DNA of 64,000 nucleotides from the NCBI GenBank assembly GCA_036785375.1, contig JAWMAR010000127.1, forward strand, positions 1,736,001-1,800,000, written 5' to 3'. Below, piece by piece: positions 12,966 through 24,914 of the stretch (position 1 is its first letter; each line of letters opens with the position of its first letter). The notes below the pieces were generated by a model, which was given only the letters and a program-made list of their open reading frames with translations, was not told the DNA's origin and did no database searches. The translations under genes were made by a program, and so were the position numbers. Source of the stretch: Leucoraja ocellata. Taxonomy: Eukaryota.

Positions 12966-14137
12966 CCTATATATATATGGGGTTTCCTGAGATTTACTTT
13001 AGCAAAAATGTACATACTTGTTCTCCTCCAATTAACCAAATAGTAAAATTAACATTATGCCATATTTCCATCCTCAAGTTTGGCAAATTAGCCATCTACA
13101 TTTTAAACTCAATTTGGTGAATTCTGCTCAAATTATCTCCCCTTGTTAGTTCAGGAATAAATTAACTTTATTTGGTAACTGTGCTTCACCCAAGTGTCAT
13201 AAATCACTCTCACCACCTTTTAAACCTATTTAAAATCAATAATTAAAAAAAAGCTTCACAGGCATCCTCCCAATTTTCAGTACAGTATCCTTTTTCAAAT
13301 CATTTCAAAGCATTTTAGATTTTTTTTGTATCAAAAGGCACTAAACAAATGCAAAAGTATGTAAAACATCATTTGTTTACTCATACGTGTCTCATCCTTT
13401 TATTTTTTCATACAGACACCATGCGGTTACCATTAGTTCCTATCTGACAGTCAGGCCCATCCATTCTATCTTTAATATCTGGATCTCCAAAAGACTAATT
13501 TTATCTTAATTTTCAATAGGATCCTGGGAGGTCTTGACAGGTTGCTGGGAGAGGGGTGTTTCCTCTTATGGGAGAATCGAAAACTAGGGATTATTGTCTA
13601 AAAAAGGGATCACCCATTTCAGAGAAATAAGATATTTTTTCTCTCTTGCTGGGTCTTTAAGAGGGAGTTAGATTTGGCCCTTGTGGCTAAAGGGATATGG
13701 AGAGAAGATAGGTACAGGATACTGAGTTGGATGATCAGCCATGATCATATTGAATGGCGGTGCAGGCTCGAAGGGCCGATTTCTCCTTTGCTTTACTGAC
13801 CAACTTTGGTTTTCTTCCACTTCTACCTCTATCTGAGGTAGGCTGGAATAGGCTCCGATGCCTATGCCTGTCTGAGATAGGCTCCTATGTTAGTATATGA
13901 ATTATATTAAATTGATACTTTTGATTGCTGTAGAATTAAAGAATGAGAGATAATTGACATTCTTTATCACAGTTTGTAGCCCTTTTTGTAAATTATGCTT
14001 CAAGGAAGCTGTTTCTTTAAATTTTGGAATGTGGGTTGGTTTCATATCACTGATTTTTCCATGAGAAGATGGTGGTGAGTTATCAAATTGAACCACTTCA
14101 GTTCCTCTGGTATTGATGCTTCTCTCAATGTTGTTGG

Positions 14138-14995
14138 ATGGAGAATAAGCAAATTCAGTATTCCGACTGCGCATGCCTAGGTCATAGCTCACAAGTGAAA
14201 AACACTAATGGACATAGACTTGCATCTCATCTGCAGCCAGGATCGATATGGGTCTCTGGTGCCGCAATCGCTGCCGTACCACCACTGGACCATCCCTGTC
14301 CGCTCCGGAGTGCCCCCCCCGTCCGGGGGTGGACAGAGACGTCGGGAGTCAGACGGAAGCGGCGCCCCCAGGCCTACAGGCAGCTCGGAGAAGCAGCGCT
14401 AAATCCAGCTCAACTCTGCCTGTTAATCTACCAGCCTTAACTGGACTTACGGGAATGATGGCCCAGGTTTACAGCCAGCACGGAGATGCAGCGCTAATTC
14501 TATGGCTCTGGGCTGGTGTCCCGGAGCTGTGGCAAGGCTGTAGGTTAACCCGGAGTGACCGCCAGAGTTGAGTTGGATTTAGCGCTGCTTCTACGCGCTG
14601 GCTATAAGCCTGTGCCGTCGTTCCCGTAAGTCCAGATAGGGCTGGTAGGTTAACAGGCAGAGCTGGATTTAGCGCTGCCTCTCTGCGCTGCCTGTGTGTG
14701 CCACTCCCGTTTGACTCCCTACATCTCTGACTACACCCGGGGGAGGGGGGGGGGCACACGGGAGGGGACGGGGATGGTCCAGTGGCGGTTCAGCAGCGAT
14801 TGCAGTGCCGGAGACCCGTGATCAATCCTGGCTGCAGATGAGACGCAGGTCTATGTCCATGCCGCGGCACGGCTGCCGAGAGTTTTTAAATCGCTTGATT
14901 TCTTGCGTTTGTTTTAATACCGAACTCGCTTATTCTGTGACTTAGACTCACCTATAAAGGAGTGATGATATACTGTATTTCTCAGTCGGATACTG
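14138..14995. repeat. Foldback element / long imperfect palindrome
   Basis: 14208-~14500 is the reverse complement of ~14570-14860, with further outer inverted matches. Confidence 0.8.
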
Positions 14996-15295
14996 AGTGA
15001 AATCAACATTAGTTTTGAATTGAAAGCCACTAATGACAACTTGCCAAATAACATTTATTAAACCAACACTTGGGAGCACTTTTTGATAACATTATTCTAA
15101 CATTATGGAGAAGACAGCAGATAGAAAATGTATACATACAGTGTCTTTTTTTATCCTCAATGTTTTATAATATGTGTAATCATAGTTATTTTGCAGGAAA
15201 GTACAGTATCCAGTTTACAATCACATTGTATCAGTAAATGAGTTGCTTATCAGTTAAAAAATTGAGTGCTATTATTTGAATGTTGAATACTGGTT

Positions 15296-15440
15296 TGTTC
15301 GTTCGCTTGTGTGTCAGACGACGCTGTTGGCTTCTGTCGTCGTCCAACATGTTGACAGAATTGGTTGCCCGACGCGTCACAGAGTACATCATGTCGTCGT
15401 TTCCGGGGAAGCCTCCGAGGAGGCTTCTGTCATGATCCCC
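15296..15440 (-). mobile_element. 145-nt non-autonomous retroelement with 5' HDV-like ribozyme
   Basis: Perfect 12-bp TSD TGAATACTGGTT (15284-15295, 15441-15452), CpG-rich body, short CGAA-repeat tail. Confidence 0.8.
15353..15440 (-). ncRNA. HDV-like (CPEB3-type) self-cleaving ribozyme motif
   Basis: P1 GGGGA/TCCCC, P2 TGACAGAA/TTCTGTCA, P3 GCC/GGC, L3 TCCTCGGA, P1.1 CC/GG, P4 CGACG/CGTCG and J4/2 CCAA, all in the canonical order. Confidence 0.7.
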
Positions 15441-15536
15441 TGAATACTGGTTAGGATACTTAAGAGTTATCTCCCATTTTAACTGTATAATTAGGCTTCA
15501 TATGTTGATGGGGTTAAGATTATAAATATATCTTAC

Positions 15537-15701
15537 CTACAAGTTGATTAAGGGCTCCTTGCTCAAACAAGCTTTTGTTTACAGCTTCTTCACCAAGAGA
15601 TGCCATAGATCTCAGGAGTTTTAGGCAGTGGAACATTTGAGCTTTCTTATTGCCATGGCTGCCATTAGTATGGAAAGAATTGCCTTTACCAAAGTATGGA
15701 T
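15537..15701 (-). CDS. CFAP69: CFAP69 exon 13 (DPYFGKGNSFHTNGSHGNKKAQM...)
   Basis: ttctcag acceptor, gtaaga donor, 165 nt. Matches human DPFFSHGNSFHGTGGRGNK. Confidence 0.95.
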
Positions 15702-16129
15702 CTGAGAAAAAACAAATAGAACTTGGATGACTGATATATTGATCTTTGATTCTGAACAAGATATTATAAGAGGATGAACTTTAAGGAGAGGAAGAACTAT
15801 AAACTACAGTGACCTTGAGTAATGAAAATGGAGAACGCTAAAAATGTTCTGCAGGAAGAAACAGAAACAGTTAACAGGTTGATGTGTTTCTCTCCACAGG
15901 TTCTGCACGGTTTGCTGAGTAATTCTAGCATTCTGTTTTATTTCAGATTTTAAACATTTATAGACTTTTAAAAAATCTTTTATTATTGTGCATTTAACTA
16001 TTTATCATGTGGACCTACTTAATGAAACAGCCCTCACAAAGTGATACTTATGATCCCTTATCACTAAAGTGATTTCAGAAATAATGTTTTTTTCCTTTTT
16101 ATTTACATTTTAAATTAAACAACATTTAC

Positions 16130-16346
16130 CTTTGCTCACACACCATTCCAGCAGAAGAATCAGTTGGGTATTTCCCTGATATGCCATGTAATCTTCCAAC
16201 ATGAGGGGAGCAAGTGCCATCAAAGCAGCTAAGGCATGAAGCTGAAGCTCTTCAAACTGGGCAGCAGACCATCCTCGAATTCCACTTTTCTGATTTTCCC
16301 CAACATAATGTAATAATCCCGGCAATACTTTCCCTTTGCTAAGTAT
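16130..16346 (-). CDS. CFAP69: CFAP69 exon 12 (ILSKGKV...WSAAQFEELQLHALA...LEWCVSK)
   Basis: ctctgtag acceptor, gtaaat donor, 217 nt. Matches human WSAAQHEELQLHAIA. Confidence 0.96.
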
Positions 16347-17178
16347 CTACAGAGAAGTCATATATAGAAAGATGAATTTGTGAGTTTGGATTATCCTTAC
16401 TACAAATTGTATATATCAATTTCATACCTATTAATCTTCTCTGTTACTTCAATGATTTTTATCAAGCTCAGTAAATATCATTTATATGCCTTTAATTAAT
16501 AAACCATAACTTTCCAGTTCAATATATTGCAACCCAAATTGAAGTCTTCAAAAGGTTTCCTGATCAGAAATATCACCAAAGGTTTCCACATTTTTGATTC
16601 TAAACTGACTAGACTGTACTTCTAGCTTTTTACATTTTTTATTTTTGAACAAGGCTGATAAATGGTAAAATAAAAGATACAGAAACAACAGGATGTGATA
16701 CAAAAGTATCTGGTGGAAAGGCAAATGGAAAAAGCTGCTTGAAAAAGATGGAAAAGCAAAGAAAAAACTGCAGTTGTAAAAACTCCAAAGTGATTAGCAA
16801 CTAGTTGATACGTCAAATCAAACACCAAGATGACGTGGGAGACGTCAAAGAACTAGACCAAAACAAAAATCACTGATCAAATTTTTATTTCCTCTTTATT
16901 GGTATCTCAAAACTGGAACTGGCAAAAAAAAAGTGTTTTTGATTGTTACATCCATGTGCTTTGTAAATGAAAAATAAAATCACAATTAAAATTATTTACT
17001 GATTTTAACAGTGGCTTCAAAGTTCAATGTAGTTCGTCAGTATCTATATTTTATATTCTAGAAATTTCTTTCTGGATAGTAGAACTAAGCAGATTATATA
17101 CACATGACAATATTTTGTACCCTGCTTTTGAAATTCATTCTATTGAGGTCAATGATTTTCTAGGCAAGAATATTTTAC

Positions 17179-17300
17179 CTGTATGGAAGCAAGATCATTA
17201 GTCAAAGCAACAAGCAACTGGAAAAATATCTTTTTCATTTCAAAGTCTTCATTCTTGGAGGAGATTTTCAGGCCACGAATCAATGGATTATCATTGATTA
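17179..17300 (-). CDS. CFAP69: CFAP69 exon 11 (INDNPLIRGLKISSKNEDFEMKK...ASIQ)
   Basis: tttctttcag acceptor, gtaaaa donor, 122 nt. Resembles human GLKLSNSYEDFELKK. Confidence 0.93.
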
Positions 17301-18615
17301 CTGAAAGAAAAGGAAATACACATTACTGGAAGACATTACATTTGTTTTATACTGTTCCTCAGAATTTCCATTTGATATTTCAGACAATAAATAATTGTTC
17401 TATAATTGTTATGTAGGCATCCAGTTGCAAAAAAACAAGGTATATCTAACCAGGTAAGTGATAGGTTTATCGTCTCTTTGGTCACTTTGGCCAGGGGAGT
17501 AATAATGTCATGACCAAATAAAAGGTTGTGTATTCTGTGGACAGTGACATGCCTCTTTCTCCATTTGGCCTTTCCACCACCGGAAGGCATAATTCAAGAG
17601 TATGATTTAATAATGTGCAGCTCGAACAGAATGGAGTAAATCAAACACCATTCAAGACAAAAGAGGTGGTCTAACTGCAACCCTGTCTTGAATACTACTC
17701 CACTAACGATAGAATGAAGTTGCAATATACTTGGTGCAATGCAGCTACTCTTTAAGATTTTTTCCAATAAAAAACTGCAATTCCAGAGTAAACCATCTCC
17801 AACTTCAAGAAGATTTACAATTATCATCTTCAACTTATTCAAGTTCACCACCATATTCTCAAAGAAATGGATGCTGAGCATCAAATATTAGCCTTGTCAA
17901 TGATGGATATGTTGCATGAACTAATAAAACTTTTTATTTTGAAAAGGACAACTCATTTTCTGAGGTAGTTTAAATGGTGTTGCATTTTGGAATTTCTATA
18001 AAATGTACGAAAACAGAAAAATTATGTCATTAAAATAACAATTATGGAAAATTCTCAAAATGTCAAGGAAAAAAGGAACTAATTCCCAATTTTTGTGTAA
18101 CGTTACAGATTTTCTTTAGAAAGGCTTTTAATCTCCATACCAATGTGTATCCTTCAGTTCACTTAGAAATGCTATCCGATTAGTGCAGCTATATCAGATA
18201 TACCACTCATTTTTTGTTGGTTTATTTATTAGCCTTGACGTTTCAAGGTCAACATACATTCAAAACTGCTTTGCTTCCTAAGTGGCCCATGAAAATATCC
18301 AATTTCCAACCAGAAATCTTTGAAATAACAAATTAACAAATTAAACTATTGGAACATTTCATCAACTTTTTGAAACTAAATGGAACTAAAATTAACTAAA
18401 ATGGAAGTTGGGACGATTGGCTTTTCAATTACATTATTGAAATTCGGATATATGGACATCGTGTATTGTCTTGCTGCTGACTGGATAGCACCCAACAAAA
18501 GCTTTTCACTGTACTTCACATGACAATAAACTAAACTGTAATGTGAATGAAGCATTGGTCAATGGAAACTAGATACAGATCTTCAGATAATTTTCAGTAA
18601 CAGTAAAAGTCGTAC

Positions 18616-18664
18616 CTTCAGGGAATACAGCAAACGCAACTAGCTCCTTAGTGAAGCCAGTTTC
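18616..18664 (-). CDS. CFAP69: CFAP69 exon 10 (ETGFTKELVAFAVFPE)
   Basis: gacag acceptor, gtacg donor, 49 nt. Resembles human ECGFTKDLILFATFNE. Confidence 0.9.
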
Positions 18665-18918
18665 CTGTCATGTAAACATGGTAGAACGAAAAATAATATT
18701 AGTAAGATTCAACCAAACAGTTTTTCTATATTATTTCAGTGAAAAGAGGTGATTATAATGAACAAAATAAATTAATCAACTATTTTATATTTGAAGAACT
18801 TGCAATAGCAAATTACAAAAAATGTATTTTAAGTATATTAAGAAAATGTTTGATTGCTCCATTTCACAAAAAAAACCGGTGTTACAAATCTATAGTTGCA
18901 TTTGCCAATAAAACTTAC

Positions 18919-19042
18919 AACCATTGGAATTAATGGATTCTCTGCCAGAATTGTGGCTATTACTAGTAAGTCGTTACGCAGTTGACGGTCAGAATGGCGA
19001 TGACCATTTATCATTTTATTCAAAAAAGCTTCTTTCAATGCA
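18919..19042 (-). CDS. CFAP69: CFAP69 exon 9 (ALKEAF...DRQLRNDLLVIATILAENPLIPMV)
   Basis: tttttag acceptor, gtaagt donor, 124 nt. Matches human DRQLRNDILVITTIIAQNP. Confidence 0.95.
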
Positions 19043-19749
19043 CTAAAAATGAAAAATGAAATAAATTAATGGTGAAAATTCATGAAATAGAAAATCTAAC
19101 AGAAAAAAAACAGAAAATGATGCATACATTGAAGGACAGGCTGGAAAAATCCAGTTCTGACGAAGGATTTCTGACTTGAAAAGTTAACTCTGATTTTCTT
19201 TTCACAGATGCTGCATGACCTGCTGAGTGTTTCCAACATTTTCTGTATGTTGATATCTGAGCAGATACAGTATTCGGCTAACCCTGGGCCTGTATTTAGA
19301 TTAGGCATTTACTTCCTGAGTAGTGCCGAGGGCCAGTTCCAAGCACAATGGAATCACCCAGTGCAATACAGGGCTCAGCATAAATAGCCAGCTATTCTCA
19401 TAGATTGGCATCGATAGCCAGTGAGACTAGCATGCAGGCTCACGAGCTGTCAAAGTTGTCACTAAGATTGGATATATGTGAATGCTTATGACACTCAAAA
19501 ACATCCAAGAATCATTCAAAAAAAAAAGTTTATTTAAAACTCCAAAATCAATTGCATACACTAAATAAACAAAAATATATATTGTAAAGCTGAATAAATG
19601 CAAATAGCAGCCATTTTTCCTTATTAATTTAAAAAGAGCCCATTGTACAAACATCACTTGAAACCTAGAGCAAGTTTGGTTTAGTTTAGTTTAGTTTAGT
19701 TTAGAGGCACAGGAAGGAAACTGTGGCCCACAAAGTCCACCATGACCAC

Positions 19750-21017
19750 TGACTGATCAGCTTAGAACACTGTATGGAGACATGGTCTGTTGCTGAAAGC
19801 TTACAGAATCTTGAAGTGCCAAACCACCATGCGTGTCCTTTCATCCATGCTCAGCAACCGTAGATTTTGGGTTTCGTTGGGAACAAGATCAGCTCTGCCA
19901 GGACCCCGAATGATGCTCTCCCCCAGGGCTCTGTCCTAGCTCCTACTATTCAACATTTATGTGAGTGACATGCCAACTACCTCATCCAGGAAGTTTGCAT
20001 ATACAGATATCCTTGCCCTTGCCTACCATGGAGCTGCCCTTGAGCATATCAGCAGAGTGCTAACCCGAGGTTTGAAGGGGATGGAGGAATATACCTTCTG
20101 GCGACTTCGCCCTAACCCATCTAAGACAACTGTCACTGCCTTTCACCTCAGCAATCGGTTCGCCAATGCAAATCTCCGAGTAAGCCGGTAGAGAATGAAG
20201 AATTCCCCAAGTACCTCGGAGTCACCCTGGATCGCACCCTCACCTATCGTGAACACCTGAAGAGGGTGGCTGATAAACTGAAAGCAAGGGTCAACATCAT
20301 CAGGAAAATTGCAGGCAACAGCTGGGGATCCAATGCACACACCCTCCGTACCTCAAGCTTAGCCCTAGTCAACTCAACAGCTGAGTTTTGCTCAACAGCT
20401 TGGGCTAATAGCTGCCACACCAAAAGAGTTGGCACTGTCCTTAACTCTGCAATGCGGGTCATCACAGGGAGGCTTAAGTCAACACCTTTGCAGTGGCTCC
20501 CTGTCCTCTCTCATATCGCCCATCCCAGCATACGAAGAAGGGAGCGGATGTTGAAAGATTGGTGCACCATCGAGCCTAACCATGACCAATCTTCTCAACA
20601 TGCGCCAGAAGTCCCGCAAACCCTTCTGGTCTTCCGTTAAATCCCTGGAAGACTTTGACTCCAAGACTGAGTGGAGCAGAGCCTGGAAAGATGCCAACAC
20701 CAACAACGGGGAGGACATCACAGACCCCACAGTGAAACCACCGGGTTTTGACCTCCATCGCAAGCAATGGCTAACCTTGAACAGAATCCGCACCCTCCAT
20801 GCAAGAACAGCCTGCATAAGTGGGGGATGACAGACAGCCCTGCTTGTGACTGCGGACAAACAGACCAGACCATCCCACACATCGTGAATGACTACTCACT
20901 GAGGCTTTCCCCTGGTGGCATCAAAGTCATCCACCCTGTTACTGATGCAGTCCTGGCCTGGATGTCTACCCTTGATCTACGACTTTAGACTGTGCACGCC
21001 ATACGCAAGAAGAAGAC
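19750..21017 (+). mobile_element. 5'-truncated Vingi/Ingi-like LINE inserted into a minus-strand tRNA SINE
   Basis: PQGSVLAP, FAYTD, KYLGVTLDRTLTY, CDCG..QT..HIV and GGIK...W motifs, no RNase H seen, tail GCCATACGCAAGAAGAAGA. Confidence 0.75.
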
Positions 21018-22081
21018 TGACCACCCATCGCACAAGTTCTATGTTATCCCACTTTCTCTTCTCTTTATGCTAGGGGCAAGTTACAGAGGCCAGTTATAAA
21101 CCTACATGTCTTTGAGATTTGAGCGGAAAAAGGAGAACCTGGAGGAAACAGATGGATTCACAGGAAGAACGTTAAACTGCACACAAACAGCACTCAATGT
21201 CAGGATTGAACCCGGGCCTCTGGCACTGTGAGACAGCAGCTCTATTAGCTGTGCCACTGTACCACATTACACATTTAGCAAGGAAATTCCAGTCTGAAAG
21301 CACAGACTTCATCAGCGTTTTTGACACGTCCACGGTATCCAGGACTGTGTATCAAAATAGACGATAGGTGAAGCCCAAGTCTGCAACATTCATCAAATGA
21401 TCCCGAGTGGCCTCCAAAATCTATCTACGACCTCTGCAGAGACTTTAAGGATGCCAAGAAGGAATTCCAGACCAAGGTGGAGTCCCGGGCAATATAACAG
21501 ATATTTGTAGATTGTGGCACGTCTTGCACGCTACAAAGCAAAGATTGACAGTATCGCTGTCAACAATGGATCCCTCTGCAATTAACTCAATGCATTCTAA
21601 ACCAACTTTGAACAGAGGTTAAGTGGGGCAACATCACCCACCCCAGTCTTGGGTGTGCCTGTATCTACATTTACTGTGGCAGATATAAGACCAAGCTTCC
21701 TGAGAGTAAATCTGTGGAAGGCAACTGACCCAAATGAAATTCAGAAGTCTGAAGAAAGTTCTCACCCGTTCCTTCTATCCAGGGATGCTGCCTGTCCCAC
21801 TGAGTTGTTCCAGAATTTTGTGTCTATCTTCGTGGGCCGAAGGGCCTTTTCCTGTCAATTTTTATGTTCCTTAACTTTTAAATTTGCTGGTTTTTCTGTA
21901 GTTTGAAATCATGGCTGCTTTCATGTAACTGCTATAGATATGTCCAGATTACCTTTTTATATTAGACTCTGGATCATGTCGATCAAATACATGGAAATAA
22001 GACAATTTCAAATAAACAATATTTCAGCCATCACCCGAAGCGAGAATATGAATTATTATTTACATTTGGGTAAATACTCAC

Positions 22082-22259
22082 TGCATACACTCAAAATCTC
22101 TCATCTGATTAACAAGTTCTCCTTTGGAAGCCTTTTCCAGTAAGTTCCATAAGATCTCAGATGACAGAAACAAAAGTTGTCCAGATGGATCTGGATCATT
22201 CATACTGCGGCAGATTTTGTTTGCTGCTTGCGCATTTAACATCAAATTACAGTTCATCA
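22082..22259 (-). CDS. CFAP69: CFAP69 exon 8 (...NDPDPSGQLLFLSSEILWNLLEK...)
   Basis: ttgcag acceptor, gtgagt donor, 178 nt. Near identity to human NDPDPSGQLLFRSSEILWNLLEK. Confidence 0.96.
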
Positions 22260-22606
22260 CTGCAATCAGAAAAGAAGATCCAATGTTATTATAAATTAAT
22301 CATAACAATGTATATCTGATTCTGGCAAATGAACCCCCCCCCCCCCCCCACTCCCTTCCCCTCTCCTCCCCCACCTGCCTACCACATTGGTCCAGCCCCT
22401 TTGGGCTTTTACATTTGACCCTCTACCTTCCTTTCTTATCCGATTCCACCATATTCACATGGCATCTTAATGATCAACTAACGTCAGCACAGTATGTAAT
22501 CACCCCTTTCAGAACTTATTGAATTAGCACACTTGATTCTGGAAACACATTCTAATTACTAGGTAAACACAAGTGCACTACTTTATATAGTTCAGTATAT
22601 ACCTAC

Positions 22607-22759
22607 CAGATGAGGACGAAAGACATTGCAAGGCCTGGATTATTCTTAACTTTACTTTCATTTCGTTTTCAACTAGGGTGAGACCCATGACCAAAGTTTC
22701 TACCACGCCACTCTCTTCAATCATTTGGATATTGTAGCTCCTACTTGTTGGAAAGAATC
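22607..22759 (-). CDS. CFAP69: CFAP69 exon 7 (FFPTSRSYNIQMIEESG...LQCLSSSS)
   Basis: tttcaag acceptor, gtaggt donor, 153 nt. Lies within ORF 22578..22814. Confidence 0.92.
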
Positions 22760-22911
22760 CTTGAAAAACTATAAAGAGCAAAAATCTTTTGATAAGAATT
22801 ATTTTTGCATCCAATTAAGACTACACAAATTCAAGGAAGGTGGACATTGAAATAAGATTTGCAATAACAAGGATACACCAGATTTACATTACTTAAACAA
22901 AAGTAAAATAC

Positions 22912-23010
22912 CTTCAACTTCCTTTCTGGGAGATTCTTTGCAAAATAGATTCATGATGGAATCACAAATTTGCAACCGGATCTCTGTGTTAGGTATCCTC
23001 AGAAGGTATC
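22912..23010 (-). CDS. CFAP69: CFAP69 exon 6 (YLLRIPNTEIRLQICDSIMNLF...)
   Basis: ctcgcag acceptor, gtattt donor, 99 nt. Resembles human LMKIPSSELRIQIC. Confidence 0.92.
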
Positions 23011-24914
23011 CTGCGAGAAAATTTGTAAAAATTACTATTTAGAAATTAATCCTTTTTTTAAATTATAAATTATTATCTGAACTCCAATAACTTTACTTAC
23101 AGTAGTTTCTATGCATGACTACTTTGGTGGACATTTTTTGGTGTACTCAATTTCCATACTTATTAAATCTTAGAAAATATTCCAATCTAAGCTTGTCCTG
23201 GGATGTTAGATATACTAAATAATAGTGGACATATGGAGCCCAGATGGATCAAAGGTCTATCAAAGCTAGTAAGTAAACTTTGTTAGTAAACTTAGTTATC
23301 TTCCATGGCAAAAATGAGCAATATTAGCAACAAACATCAACTGTGTCCACCAAAGTAAATATATTTGATTCCTGCATTAGTCCAAATAGATGGAGCACAA
23401 AACGTTAGCATGCAGATATAGCATTTAATTAGGAAGACATATCAAATGTTTGCCTTACCGCAAGGGACTTTACAACTTTACAAAGGGCCTGTGAGATAGA
23501 ACCAGGAGTACTGCAAGGAATTTGGTCTCCATTTGCAGCAACGATATACTCGTTTTGGGGACATTGCAGAGTAGTTCACAGATTCATTCCTGGGATGAAG
23601 TAGTTTATATTGGATGAAAAATTGATTAGGGGTGGAATTATACTTATCAAAGTGCAGTAGGATGAGATGAGACAAATAGGATTCTGAGATTGACAGGGTA
23701 GAAATCGAATGGAAGTATATCTGAGAAGGAATATCAAGAAGCATGAAGCATTGTTTCAGGAACATGAATCAGCTATTTGAGTTGTAGATGAGGAAAGATT
23801 AATTTTCTTTGAGAGTGTGACTCTTTGTACTCCACTGATATTGGAAGGGTGTCATTGAATATAAATGATTGGGAGACTGATTGGTACTTGAACAGTAGTT
23901 ATAGGGTATGGGAAAGAGCTCAAAAGTAGTGTTGAGCCCATAGAGCGGGTTATTATGCTGCTCCTTGTGCCATTTATTATGTTCTAATATTTTCAAATGT
24001 TTCTCTTCAACTTTCAAATCATTAGATTTTACGTGTTTATTTCTTAAACACACATTGGTGTAAAAATGTCCCTTTGTTAGTTGTTGACCAGCAATTCTGT
24101 GAGTGAAGATCAAACAACTATAGCATAATGTTAAATGTACTATAATCTGGGAGCAGTTAATCAAATTATAGAATAGAAGCATAGAAGCTAGAGAAGAATG
24201 TGATTGAGAAAGAAAATGAATGGTACATTGATGGCATTAAATGCAGCAGTGACAAAGGCTTCAGTGAAGCACAAGCAGCTGAATGACATACAGTATTTCT
24301 GTACTGCAAATAATTAGAGTGTGTAGCACTGAAAATAGCAGGACCACATAATTGAAAACAGATACTGTATACCATGTTGTGAAATACGATAACGACCTTT
24401 ACCAAGGCAGTGTGCGTCACACCTTAAGTTCCGGTGACTACTTCCCTGCAATGCAATTTGCTGCATTTGACATGCATTCTTGCAAGTCTAATATTACTTT
24501 AGCATATTACTTTATTCCTCATGCAAATGCTTCTTTATCAACACTGAGGTGGAAATTAGACTAAATTGTCCCAGGAGCAAATGTTGCAAGGCATTCCCAG
24601 GACTGCTAGGTTTTGACAGAGCCAAGCATTGGCTTCATGTTATTTTATTGCTGTCCTCCACGACTGCCTGGTAGTACCATCACCTCACCATTTTCTGTTC
24701 CCCAAAGTCCAATCCACTAATCTCCCCAAAGGGCCTGTCTATCCTTTGCCTGCACTCGATTTAGACCAGCGACCTTTTAATCACCTGAGACTTCTGATGA
24801 ATGGCTCAATCTTACCAAGTTCCAACCATCTGACTGTTGGCACTGCCCCAGTACACACCGGGTCATCTCTCTCATTTTTATGACCACTGAATAGTCTCAT
24901 TTTAATGACCACTG

